A stretch of DNA of 64,000 bases. Origin: Squalus acanthias (taxonomy: Eukaryota). This document shows, piece by piece, positions 34,740 to 47,267 of the stretch (the stretch's first letter is position 1; each line of letters begins with the position of its first letter). The stretch lies in NCBI GenBank assembly GCA_030390025.1, contig CM059430.1, positions 72,974,001 through 73,038,000 on the forward strand. Direction: 5' to 3'. Below the pieces are notes generated by a model. The model had not been told where the DNA came from, searched no databases, and saw nothing but the letters and a program-made list of their open reading frames with translations. The position numbers and the translations under genes are program-made.

Positions 34740-37700
34740 ACCTTGACACCGACTAAATCCCCCTTAATTGCAACTGTCTGAGGCTGAACCAGACTGTTTG
34801 CAAACTTGGTGCCCTACGCGACCCCGAGATGAGCTTCCGACCACATATCCACGCCATCACTTAGACCGCCTATTTCCACCCCCATAACATCACACGACCA
34901 CTCCCCTGCCTCAGCGCATCTGCTGCTGAAACACGCATTTCTGCCTTTGTTACCTCCAGACTTTACTATTCCAAAGCAGTCCTGATGGCCGCCCACTTTC
35001 CACCCTCCATAAGCTTAAGTTCATGCAAAACTTGGCTGACTTATCCTAACACGCACCATGTCCCGTTCATCCATTAGCACTGTACTCGTTGGCCTACATT
35101 TGGCTACCATTAAAGCGAATTTAAAATATTAATACTTGTTTTCAAATCCCTCCATGGCCTCGCCCCTCCCAATCCCAGAAGGTATGGAGTAAAAGGTAAA
35201 GTGTTAAAAAAGGAAAAAGCAGGAACTAAGTGTCACAAAACATATTTGAAAGTTCTTTATCTGAATGCACGTAGCATTCGTAACAAAATGGACGAGTTAA
35301 CGGCACAAATTACTACGTATGGGTATGATCTTGTGGCCATTACAGAAATATGGCTGCAGGGTGACAACGACTGGGAATTAAATATGCCAGGGTATTTAAC
35401 AATCAGGAAGGACAGGCAGGAAGGAAGGGGAGGTGGGGTGGCTATGTTAATAAAGGAAGGAATCACTGTAATACTGATAAATGATATTGGGTCAAAGGAT
35501 CAGGATAATGAAACAGTTTGGATGGAGATAATGAAAATTAAGGGGAAAAAAACACTAGTGGGAGTTGTATATAGGCCTCCTAATAGTTGCAACTCTGTCG
35601 GAATAAGTATTAATCAGGAAATAGTTGGGGCATGTAATAAGTGAACAGCTATAATTATGGGGAATTTTAACTATCATATTAACTGGACAAATCAAATTGG
35701 GCAGGGCAGCCTTGAGGAAGAGTTTATTGAGTGTATTAGGGATGGATTGCTTGAGCAGTATGTAACTGATCCTGCAAGGGGGCAAGCAAACTTGGACCTG
35801 TTCCTGTGTAATGAGTCAGGATTAATTAATAATGTCCTGTTTAAGGCTACCCTTGGAATGAGTGACCATATTTGAATTCCATGTCCAATTAGAGGGTGAG
35901 AAGGTTGGTTCTCAAACAAGCGTACTGAGCTTGAATAAAGGAGACTGTGATGGTATGAGAGCGAAATTGATTAAAGTGGACTGGGAAAATTGATTAAAGG
36001 ATAAGTCGGTACATGAGCAGTGGTGTTCATTTAAGGAGTTATTTTACAACTTTCAAAAAATATATATTCTACTGAGGAAAAAAGGGTGTGAAAGAAATGA
36101 CAGCCATCCGTGGCTAAGTAAATAAATTAAGGATAGTATCCAACTAAAAACAAGGACATATAAGGTAGCCAAACTTAGTGGGAGGATAGAAGATTGGTAA
36201 GTCTTCAAAAGACAGCAAAAAGTAACTAAAGGATTGATTAAGAAAGGGAAGATAGATTATGAAAATAAATGAGCAAAAAGTATAAAAACAGATAGCAAGA
36301 GTATCTATAGTTATATAAAAAGAAAAAGGGTGGCTGAGGCAAACGTCGGTCCCTTAGAGCATGAGACCGGGAAATTAATGGTGGGAAACATGGAGATGGC
36401 AAAAATGCTGAACAAATATTTTGTTTCAGTCTTTACGGTAGAGGACACTAAGAATATCCCAACACTGGACAAACAGGGGACTCTAGGGGGGGGGGGGGGG
36501 TGGAGGAGCTAAATACGATTAAAATCACTAAGGAATTGGTACTCAGTAAAAAAATGGGACACAAGGCGGATAAATCCCCTGGACCTGATGGCTTACATCC
36601 TAGGGTCTTTAGGGAAGTGGCAGTAGGGATTGTGGATGCTTTGGTAATAATTTTCCAAAATTCCCTGGACTCAGCAAAGGTCCCGGCAGATTGGAAAAGT
36701 GCTAATGTAACACTCTTATTTAAAAAAGGTAGTAGGCAGAAGGCTGGAAATTATAGATCAGTTAGCCTAAAATCTGTGATGGGTAAAATTTTGGAGTCTA
36801 TTATTAAGGAGACAGTAACGGACCATTTAGATAAACATAATTTAATAAGACAAAGTCAGCTTGGCTTTATGAAGGGGAAGTCATGTCTGACAAATTTGCT
36901 TGAGTTCTTTGAGGACATAACGTACACGGTGGATAAAGGTGAACCAGTGGACGTAGTGTATTTAGACTTCCAGAAGGCATTCGACAAGGTGCCACATAAA
37001 AGATTATTGCTCAAGATAAAAAATCACTGGATTGTGGGTAATATTCTGGCATGGGTGGAGAATTGGTAATCTAACAGGAAGCAGAGAGTTGGGATAAATG
37101 GTTCATTCTCGGACTGGCAACCAGTAGCCAGTGGTGTTCCACAGGGGTCGGTGCTGGGTCCCCAAATCTTTACAATCTATATTAACGATTTGGAGGAGGG
37201 GACCGAGTGTAACATATCAAAGTTTGCAGATGATACAAAGATGGGAGGGAAAGTAGAAAGTGAGGAGGAGATAAAAAACCTACAGGGGGTATAGACAGTC
37301 TGGGTGAGTGGGCGGAGATTTGGCAGATGCAATACAATATTGGATAATGTGAGTTTATGCACTTTGGCAGGAAAAATTAGGGAGCAAGTTATTATCTTAA
37401 TGGCGAGAAACTGGAAAGTACTGCAGTACAAAGGGATCTGGGGGTCCTAGGGCAAGAAAATCAAAAAGTTAGTATACAGGTGCAGCAGGTGATCAAGAAG
37501 GCCAACGGAATATTGGCTTTTATTGCTAGGGGGATAGATTATAAAAACAGGGCGGTATTGCTGCAGTTATATAAGGTATTGGTGAGATCGCACCTGGAAT
37601 ACTGCATACAGTTTTGGTGTCCATACTTAAGAAAAGACATACTTGCTCTCGAGGCAGTACAAAGAATGTTCACTCGGTTAATCCCGGGCATGAGGGGGTG

Positions 37701-38610
37701 GACATATGAGGAGCAGTTGAGTAGATTGGGACTCTACTCATTGGAGTTCAGAAGAATGAAAGGCGATCTTATTGAAACGTATAAGATTGTGAAGGGGCTT
37801 GATCGGGTGGATGCGGTAAGGATGTTCCCAAGGATGGGTGAAACTAGAACTAGGGGGCATAATCTTAGAATAAGGGGCTGCTCTTTCAAAACTGAGATGA
37901 GGAGTAACTTCTTCACTCAGAGGGTAGTAGGTCTGTGGAATTTGCTACCCCAGGAAGCTGTGGAAGCTACATCATTAAATAAATTTAAAACAGAAATAGA
38001 CAGTTTCCTAGAAGTAAAGGGAATTAGGGGTTACGTTGAGCGGGCAGGAAATTGGACATGTGGCTGAGTTCGGATCGGTCAAGGCCCTGTGGGTGGCGGA
38101 GCGGGCCCAAGGGCTGAGTGGTCGGGTCCTGCTCCTACTTCTTGTGTTCTTTAGATTTGAGGTTAGGATCAGATCAGCCATGATCTTATTGGATGGCGGA
38201 GCAGGCTCGAGGGGCCGATTGGCCTACTCCTGCTCCTATTTCTTATGTCCTTATGTATCTCTGTAACCTCCTACAGCCCTAGAAAGGTCGGAGCTATCTG
38301 TGCTCCTTCAATGCTGACCTTATGCGCAACCCCAATTTTAATCGGTGCACCACAGGTGTCGATGCATTCAGCTAGCTGGGCACCAGACTCTGGAATTCCC
38401 TCGCTTAACCTCTGTGCCTCTATACCTCTCTTTCCTCCTTGAAAATGCTCCTTAAAACCTACCTCTTTGACCAAGTCTAATGGTCATCTGCCCTTATATC
38501 TCCTTCTGTGGCTCGGTGTCAAATTTTGTTCGATAATGCTCCTTTGAAATCCCTTGGGACATTTAACTACGTTAAAGACGCGCGTTATAAAAGCAAATTG
38601 CTTTTGTTCT
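34740..38610 (+). mobile_element. L2 3' portion split by the CR1 insertion at 35175-38255
   Basis: catggcctcgcccctccc (35155) and tatctctgtaacctcc (38256) rejoin to match the L2 copy at 16090-16125. Confidence 0.8.
35175..38255 (+). mobile_element. Near full-length CR1 ORF2 with long open stretches
   Basis: [53 protein letters not shown]; duplicated 3' tail. Confidence 0.95.
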
Positions 38611-38684
38611 ACATGGAGTTGTATTATATAATGTAAAGCAGCCCGCTTTATTGGCAGCCCATCCGCCACATTTTTTGTAACAAA

Positions 38685-41540
38685 AGAACATAAGAACATA
38701 AGAAATTGGAGCAGAAGTAGGCCATTCGGCCCTTCGAGCCTGCTCCGCTATTCAATGACATCATGGCTGATCTTCTACCTCAATTCCATTCACTGGCCTT
38801 ATTGCTATATCCCTTGATGCCCTTACTAGTGAGAAAACTATCGACTTCTGTTTTGAATATGCCCAATGAATGAGTCTCCACAGCCATCTGAGGTAGTGAA
38901 TTCCAAAGATTCACCACCCTCTGTGTGAAGAAATTTGTTCTCATCTCAGTCCTGAATGGCCTACCCTTTATCCTGGAGCTGTGGCCCCTGGGTCTAGACT
39001 CCTCAGCCAAGGAGCCCATCATACGACAGTCCCGCCATCCCAGGAATCAATCTCATGAACCTTCGGTGCACTCCCTCTATGACAAATATATCCTTCCTTA
39101 GGTAAGGAGACCAAAATGTAACACAGTACTCCAGGTTTGGTCTCACCAAGGCCCTATATAATTGGAGTAAGACTTCTTTACTCCTGTACTCAAATCCTCT
39201 TGTAACGAAGGCGAGCATACCATCTGCCTTTCAAATGGTTTGCTACACCTGCACATTCCCTTTCAGTGACTCATGTACAAGGGCACCCAAGACCCTTTGA
39301 GCATCTGCATTCCCCAATCTTTCACCATTTAGGAACTACTCTGCCTTTCTGTTTTTTCTACCAAAGTGGATAACATCACATTTATTCGCATTATATTCAA
39401 TCTGCCATGTTGTCGTCCACTCACTGAGCTTGTCATGATGCCCTTGAAGCCTCTTCACAACTGACATTGCCACCTAGCCTTGTATCATCTGCAAATTTGG
39501 AAATGTTACATTTAGTCCCCTCATCTAAATCATTGATAAAGATTGTGAATAGCTGGGGCCCAAGTACTGATCCTTGCGGTATCCCACTAGTCACAGCCTG
39601 CCATCCTGAAAAAGACCCGTTTATCCCTACTATTTGCTTTCTGTCTGTTAACCTATTCTCAATCCATGCTAGCATATTAACCCCAATTCTATGTGCCCTA
39701 ATTTTGTTCACCAACCTTTTGTGTGGGACCTTATCGAAGGCCTTCTGAAAATCCAAATACACCACATCAACCGGTTCCCCTTTGTTTACTCCACTAGTTA
39801 CATCCTCAAAGAACTCCAAGAGGTTTGTTAAACAGGGTTTCCCTTTCAAATATCCATGTTGACTCTGCCCAATCTTACTATTAGTTTCTAAGTGCCCAAT
39901 TATTGCATCCTTTATAATAGATTCCAGCATTTCCCCAACTACTGATGTGAGGCTGACAGGTCTATAGTTACCCGTTTTCTCTCTTCCCTCCTTTCTTAAA
40001 TAGTGGGGTTACCGTTCCAGAATCTATAGAATTTTGGAAGATGACAACCAATGCGTCCACTATCCCAATGGCCACCTCTTTCAAAACCCTAAGATTTAGG
40101 CCATCCGGTCCTTGGGATTTTTCACCTTTTAGTCCCATTAATTTTGCTAGTACTGTTTTTTATAAATAATAATTTCTTTAAGTTCCTCATTCTCGCTACA
40201 CCCTTGGTTTTCTCGTATTTCTGGGAAGTTTTTTGAGTTTTCCTCCGTGAAGACTGAAACACATTATTTATTTAATTTCTCAGCCACTTCCTCATTCCCC
40301 ATTATAAATTCTCCCGTCTCTGACTGTAAAGGACCTACATTTACCTTCACCAGTCTTTTCCTTTTCACATACCTATAGAAGCTTTTACAATCTGTTTTAA
40401 CATTTTTCGCTAGTTTGTGCTCATATTCCATTTTCCCTTTCTTTATCAATTTCTTGGTCCCCCTTTGCTGATTTCTAGAAAGATCCCAATCCTCAGGCTG
40501 ACCGCTTTTTCTGGCAACTTTATAAGCTTCCTCCTTTGACTTAATACTAGCTTTAATTTCTTTTGTTCGCCATGGTTGAGTCACTTTTCCTTTTGTTTTT
40601 TTTTACCCTAAAGTAATATATATTTGTTGCAAATTTTGCGTTATTTCCTTGAATGTTAGCCACTGCATTTACACCTCCATACCTTTAAGTGTAGTTTCCC
40701 AATCTACCATGGCCAACTTATCACTCCTACCCTTGTAGTTTCCTTTGTTTAGATTGAAGGCCTTAGTTTCAGATTGGACTACATCACTCTCAAACTTAAT
40801 GAAAATTCAATCATATTATGGTCACTTGTACCTAAAGGCCCCTTTACCACAAGATTATTGATTAGCCCTTTCTCCTTACACAGTACTAGATCCAGAATAG
40901 CCTGTTCCCTGGTTGGTTCCTCCACATACTGATCCAGGAAACCATCTCGCATGCATTCCAAGAATTCGTCCTCCACACCATTAGTGGTGATTTGATTTGC
41001 CCAGTCAATATGTAGTTTAAAGTCCCCCATGATTACCGTATTGCCCTTGATATAGGCACGTTTAATTTCTTGTTTGATTCTGTGCCCTACATTACCATTA
41101 CTGTTTGGTGGCCTATACACAACGCGCACCAATGTTTTCCACCCTTTGCTGTTTCTTAGCTCCACCCAAACTGATTCCAGTTCTACATCAGGATCTGCCG
41201 AGAAAAGATTTTTTATCTCTACCGTACCGATCTCATCCCTTATTAACAGTGCTACGCCACCACCTTTTCCTTTTTGTCTGTCCTTCCTAATTGTTGAGTA
41301 CCATGGAACATTCAGTTCCCTACTTTGGTTACCCTGCAAATTGTTTCTGTAACGGCAATTACTTCATATCCATTTACTTCTATTAGTGCCATTAATTCAT
41401 CCACCTTGTTGCGAATGCTACATGATTTAGATAAAGTGACTTCAACTTTGCCTGTTTAATATTTTTCTGCACTTTCACCTTCTTTACTTTAGGCCTTTGT
41501 TTCTGCGCCCTGCTAGTTTTGCTGACTACTTTTCTAACTT
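38685..41540 (-). mobile_element. Near full-length CR1 ORF2
   Basis: ORFs 40779-41339 (APE), 39433-39930 (RT) and 38780-39218; (AGAACATA)n tail at 38685. Confidence 0.95.
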
Positions 41541-43229
41541 GCACTGTTCTGTTATAATCCATTTACTGGTCCTGGTCTGAGTCATCATAGTTTCCGCAGT
41601 TGGACATTGCTTCAAACTTATTGGCGTGGGTAAATTGATCCGGGTGTTCTTGCTCTAAATTGTCATTCCTCACGCTTTTTGTCCTGAGATGGAATGAATT
41701 ATCTAATTAACTAATCAATGTAAACATTATTTGAGTAAGCGAGTTGTAAATCTCTGGAACCTTTTCCTTTATGAGACGGTGGAATAAGAAAGTTTTGATT
41801 AATGCAAATACAAATTTGATTTCTTTAGGAAAATAACAATTTGCGATATAGTATATGATCCATTTTAGGCATGATATGTGGTAACTGTCACATGACTGGG
41901 AGGAACAGCTGATTTTGGATCTATGGCTCGCAAAGCTTTCCAAAACGGGATGATTTTTCTCACACCATCTCTGGGTCCGTTGTGGACGATTTGCTAGAGA
42001 TTGTTTGCTGTGATTAGTCAATAACTCCATTACAATTGTATCATGTGACTATCAGGATGGTGGAAGCTGAAGATGGACTTTGGAATTTTTTTGTCCGGTA
42101 ATTCCGATCTTCATACGGGAGGTAGTACGCAGGCGTCTCAATACTGTGCACACTAGCGACAGAGCCTGAGAAGAGATGCTCCAACAATGCCCGACGAAAA
42201 GACAGCTGCAAAGGTAAGACATAACTAATCTTTTGGCAGTTTCAATACCAAGCTTTCCTGCCATAATTTGTTTTCTATCAACCTTCGAGAATTTATTAAT
42301 AGGCACTGTCAACCCTACTTCTATTAGTTCCTTTAAATCTCTGCAAGCTCCGTGGAAGCCTAAAGAAATTTAGCACAGATGTTTGCCAATATATCCGCTA
42401 TACAATTTTACCACATCCTGGATCTTATGTGCAACTGTAAGTTTAGCAATGCGCTGTGTCCAGACACTAGATAGTGCGTGGCTCCTGCTGCTATGGATTT
42501 TTCTACTTCGAAAACATTGTGCAATTAATTTAACTTTTAAAAAGACATATGAAGTGACTTTCCGGTTGGAGGGGGAGGGGTTGGTTTCTCCTGCCCGTCT
42601 GGAGTAACTGGCTTAAATTAACGCAAATCCGAGCAATAATTGGATACTGTGGGGTATAAAATCTTCTTCATCGGCAGTGTGAAATAGAGAAAAACGAATC
42701 AGCAGCTTATTTTGCACTATCGGCCGAAAATATTTATAGCCAGTGAATTTCAGAGAACCAAATGCTTTCTATGATAACATTACCCCTGCAACAGCGACAC
42801 AACCCAACTTGCAGTGTGTGTCGCAGCAGCTTATTTTCAGCATATACTCCGCCTCTGTAAAGTACAAATTTAAAGAACGATTACAGGCACTTTAACGCTT
42901 ACTTTTGCAGCAATATTCAAATTCACTCGGCTGCACTTTAACAAAATTCATCGCCCTGTGTTTTTAGTTGGCCTAATCACGACTCCAAAATCTCTAGTAT
43001 CTGCAGGTTTCAGAAAACTTTCCAAATGGTAATTAATTCCTGCCACCTTTCTCCCGCTGATTTGCAGTAAATTCGGCGGACAGTTCTTAGAAATCCTGAA
43101 TAAATTGTTAAATGTTGGTAATTGTAACCACCTCGAGAATGCCGCCCATTGTCTGCAAAGCAGACGTTAAAAATAAATATCTAAATTGTTTTTAAACTAA
43201 TTTAAAATTGTTTTCAAATCGCGTATGAA

Positions 43230-44075
43230 TATAAGAACGTAAGAAATAAGAGAAGGAGTAGATCATACGGCCTCTCGAGCCTGCTCCAGCATTCAATATC
43301 ATCATGGCTGATCATCTACCTCAACTCCACTTTCCCGCCCTATCTCCATATCGCTTGATTCCCCTACAGTCCAAAAATCTATCTATCTCAGCCTTGAATA
43401 TACTCAAAGGCTCAGCATTCACAGCCCTCAGGGGCAGAGAAATGCAAAGACACAGAAAACTCTAAGTGAAGAAATTCCTACTCATCTCGGTCTTAATTGG
43501 CCTATTGTTTATCCTGAGACTATGCCTCCTAATTCTAGACTGCTTTACCTGCATGCTAGTTTTCTGTGTTTCTTGCATAAGGACACCCGAGTCTCTCAGA
43601 ACAGCAACATTGAGAGTTGCTCACCATATAATAGTATTCTGTTTTTCTATTCATCCTACTAAAGTGAATAACCTCACATTTCCCTACATTATATTCCATC
43701 TGCCACCTTACTGCCCACTCACTTAGTCTATCTATATCCCTTTGCAGAATCTTTAGAGGAAGAAAAAAGAACATAAGATCATAAGAACATAAGAAATAGG
43801 AGCAGGAGTAGACCATTTGTTCCCTCGACCCCTTCTCCGCCATTCAATAAGATCATTGCTGATCTTTTACCTCATCTCCACTTTCCTGCAATCTCCCCAT
43901 ATCCCTTGATTCCCTTAAAAGCAAAAAATCTATCGATCTTTGTCTTGAATACACTCAACCACCGAACCTCCATTGCCCTCTGGGTTAGATAATTCGAAAG
44001 ATTCACCACCCTCTGAGTGAAGACGTTTCTACTTATCTCAGTCCTAAATGGCCGACCCCTTATTCGGAGATGAAG
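43230..44075 (-). mobile_element. Cluster of CR1 3' fragments
   Basis: Tails at 43230 and 43770; WQMEYNVGKC; NVFTQRVVNL. Confidence 0.85.
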
Positions 44076-44084
44076 AGAAATGTT

Positions 44085-45290
44085 GTGAATGTTTCGCACA
44101 TTCAGATGAAGTTACTTCAGCTTTGACTTATTTCTATTTTTTCCTGATGTCATCTTAGTCACTGCTGCCTTAATAGCTTTTTTATTCTCTCTGTCCCTTC
44201 CTGACACGCTCTGCTTTTTTTACCCAAAACTCTACTCTGCTCTAGAGCAGTGACATTTCTCTCACTGCTTTTAAATTTACTCTTTCGTGAATCCTCCCAC
44301 CACCCCTTCATTCGTTTTTTAGCCCTGTCTACTGCCCTAGTTATACGGTTCGCCAGGACACTGGTCCAGCCCGGTTTAAGTGGAGCCCATCCGAATGGAA
44401 CAGCTCCCTATCTCCCCAGTACTGGTGCCAGTGTCCCATGAACTGAACCCCTTCCTTCCACACCATTCTTTAAGTCACGCATTTAAACCTCTAATCTGTT
44501 TGTCTCTATGCCAATTTGCGCATGGCTCATTTAACAATCCAGAGATTATTACTTTGAGGTTCTGCTTTATAATTTGGATCCTAGCCCCTCAAACTCCCTC
44601 GGCAGAACATCATTCCTAATTCTACCTATATCGGTGGTTCCTTTGTGGACCACGACAACTGGATCCTCCCCCTCCAACTCCAAGTTCTCCTCCAGCTGCG
44701 AGGAAATGTCTTTAACCCTGGTACCGGGCAGGCAACACAAACTTCGGAACTCTCGGTCACGGCTGCAGAGAACAGTATCTATCCTCCTTACTATAATCTT
44801 CCCTACCACAAATACATTCCGTTTCCCTCCCTCCAGTTCAATAGCCTCCTGCAGCATAGAGCCATGGTCAGCTTGTGCATCCATCCTGCAGGCTTATCCC
44901 TTATCCACACAGGCAGCAAGAACCTCAAACCTGTTGGACAAGGGCCAAGGCTGAGGCTCCTCCAGCACTGCATCTGAGGTCCCCTTACCTGCCTGATTTG
45001 CAGTCACAGCCTCCTGTCACTGACCACTAACGGGACCTGTACCCCTAATTAACCTAAGCGGTGTGACTGCTTCCTGGATCAAAGTGTCCAGGTAACTCTC
45101 TCCAAACCTGATGCCCCGCAATGTCTGTACCTCAGACTCCAGCTGAGAAACTCTGAGCAGAAGTTCCTCAAGATGCAGGCAATTACTGCAAATGTGGTTG
45201 TTCGGGTTCTTAATGTTCTCCACAACTCCCACATGCTGCAGTTGCGGCACACCACCTGCACCGCCAACCCGATACGACCTTGTTTTATTT
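44085..45290 (-). mobile_element. CR1 5' portion with ORF1 (Cys-rich N-terminus and esterase-like domain)
   Basis: VVCRNCSMWE...HICSNCLHLEELLLRVSQLE; VFVVGKIIVR...LCCLPGTRVKDI...VVVHKGTTDIG. Confidence 0.85.
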
Positions 45291-45894
45291 AATTAAACTG
45301 AATTAAATTTGTAATTAGGTAACTTAGTTTACAGTGTAGTTTCTAGACTAATTACTTGATCTAGATTAAGTTATCGGTACTGAAATTAAATATCTAACTT
45401 CAACACAAAGTAATACAAGTAGTGTAGGCAAGAAACAATAACTCCTTTCCCATTTTCTCCGAATTCCCACTCTTTCCAGTTCCCAGATAAAATACTCATT
45501 TCAACTACACACCGTTTTAATCCAGCTCTGTACAGACCGCTCTATGCTTTGCGGACCTGTTTCCTCTCATATGCTAGGTGCCTCACTCAATTTACAAGCA
45601 TCTCACTGAAATATACACATGCGTTTTATTTCAATAGCTCTGCATAAGTTATACTTTTAGATTGGTTGAACGTTAATGAATAGTGCGGTGTTATAAATTA
45701 TGTATTGTAGACTTTGTACCCGTCCATTGGCGTGAAATCGGGGATACCTATTGAGCTCCACTGGAAATCAGAATTGTTAGCCATTTCTCTAGGGATTCTT
45801 TCCGTCGTTGGAGTCATTTCAACTTTTTGGACCGTATAAATTACGATAGCGGATCGGCCGCCTGTTGCATATCCTGCAGCATTTTCTTTTTAAT

Positions 45895-47267
45895 GACTTT
45901 AAGGAGTCCATTATTAAGGAAGCAGCAGCAGGACATTTAGAAAATCATAATACAGTCAAGCAGAGTCAGCATGATTTTATGAAAGGGAAATCATGTTTGA
46001 CAAATTTGCTGGAGTTCCTTGAGGATGTAACGAGCAGGGTGGACAAAGCTGAACCAGTAGATGTAGTGTATTTGGATTTCCAGAAGGCATTCGATAAGTT
46101 GTCACAGAAAAGGTTACTGCATAAGATAAGAGCTCATGGGGTTGGGGGTAATATATTAGAATGGACAGAAGATTGGTTAACTAACAGAAAACAGAGAGTC
46201 GGGCTAAATGGGTCATTTTCCATTTGGCAAACGGTAACTATTGGGGTGCCATAGGGATCAGTGCTGGATAATCAACTATTTACAATCTATATTAATGACT
46301 TAGATGAAGGGACCGAGTGTAATGCAACCAAATTTGCAGATGATACAAAGATAGTTGGGAAAGCAAGTTGTGAAGAGGAAACAAAGAATCTGCATAGGGA
46401 TATAGACAGGCTAAGTGAGTGGGCAAACATTTGGCAGATGGAGTATAATGTGGGAAAATGTGAGGTTATCCACTTTGGTAGGAAAAATAAAAAAAGCAAA
46501 TTATTATTTAAATTGATAGAGATTACAAAATGCTGCAATAGAGAGGCACCTGGGGTCCTTGTGCATGAAACACAAAAAGTTAACATGCAGTTACAGCAAG
46601 TAATCCAGAAGGGAAATGGAATGTTTGCCTTTATTGCAAGGGGGTTGGAGTAAAAAAGCAGGGTGGTCCTGCTACAACTGCAGAAGATATTGATCAGCCC
46701 ACACCTGGAGTACTGCGTACAGTTTTGGTCTCCTTATTTAATGAGAGATATACTTGCATTGGAGGCAGTTCAGAGAAGTTCCACAAGGTTGATTGCTGAG
46801 ATGAAGGGTTTGACTTATAAAGAAAGTTTGAGCAGGTTGGGCCTATGCTCATTGGAGTTTAGAAGAATGACAGGTGATCTTATTGAAGCATATAAGATAC
46901 TGAGGGGGTTCGACAAGGTAGATGCAGAGAAGATGCTTCCCCTTATTGTGGAATCTCGAACTTGGGGGCATAGTTTCAGAAGAATGGGTCGCCCATTTAA
47001 AACTGAGATGAGAATGAATTTCTTCTCTCAGTGGGTCGTAAATCTGTGGAATTATCTGCCCCAGAGAGCTGTGGAGGCTGGGGCATTGAATATATTTAAG
47101 GTGGAGGTAGATAGATTTTTGAACAATAAGGGAGTGAAAGGTTATGGGGAGCGTGCAGGGAAATGGAGCTGAGCTCAAGATCAGATCAGCCATGATCTCA
47201 TTAAATGGCAGAGCAGGCTCGAGGGCGTAAATGGCTTACTCCTGCTCCTATTTCTTATGTTCTTATG
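45895..47267 (+). mobile_element. 5'-truncated CR1 LINE
   Basis: [29 protein letters not shown]; tail tttcttatgttcttatg. Confidence 0.93.

Noticed and set aside
35201-47172. Active LINE ORF2
   Set aside because: Every CR1 copy is broken by stops or frameshifts
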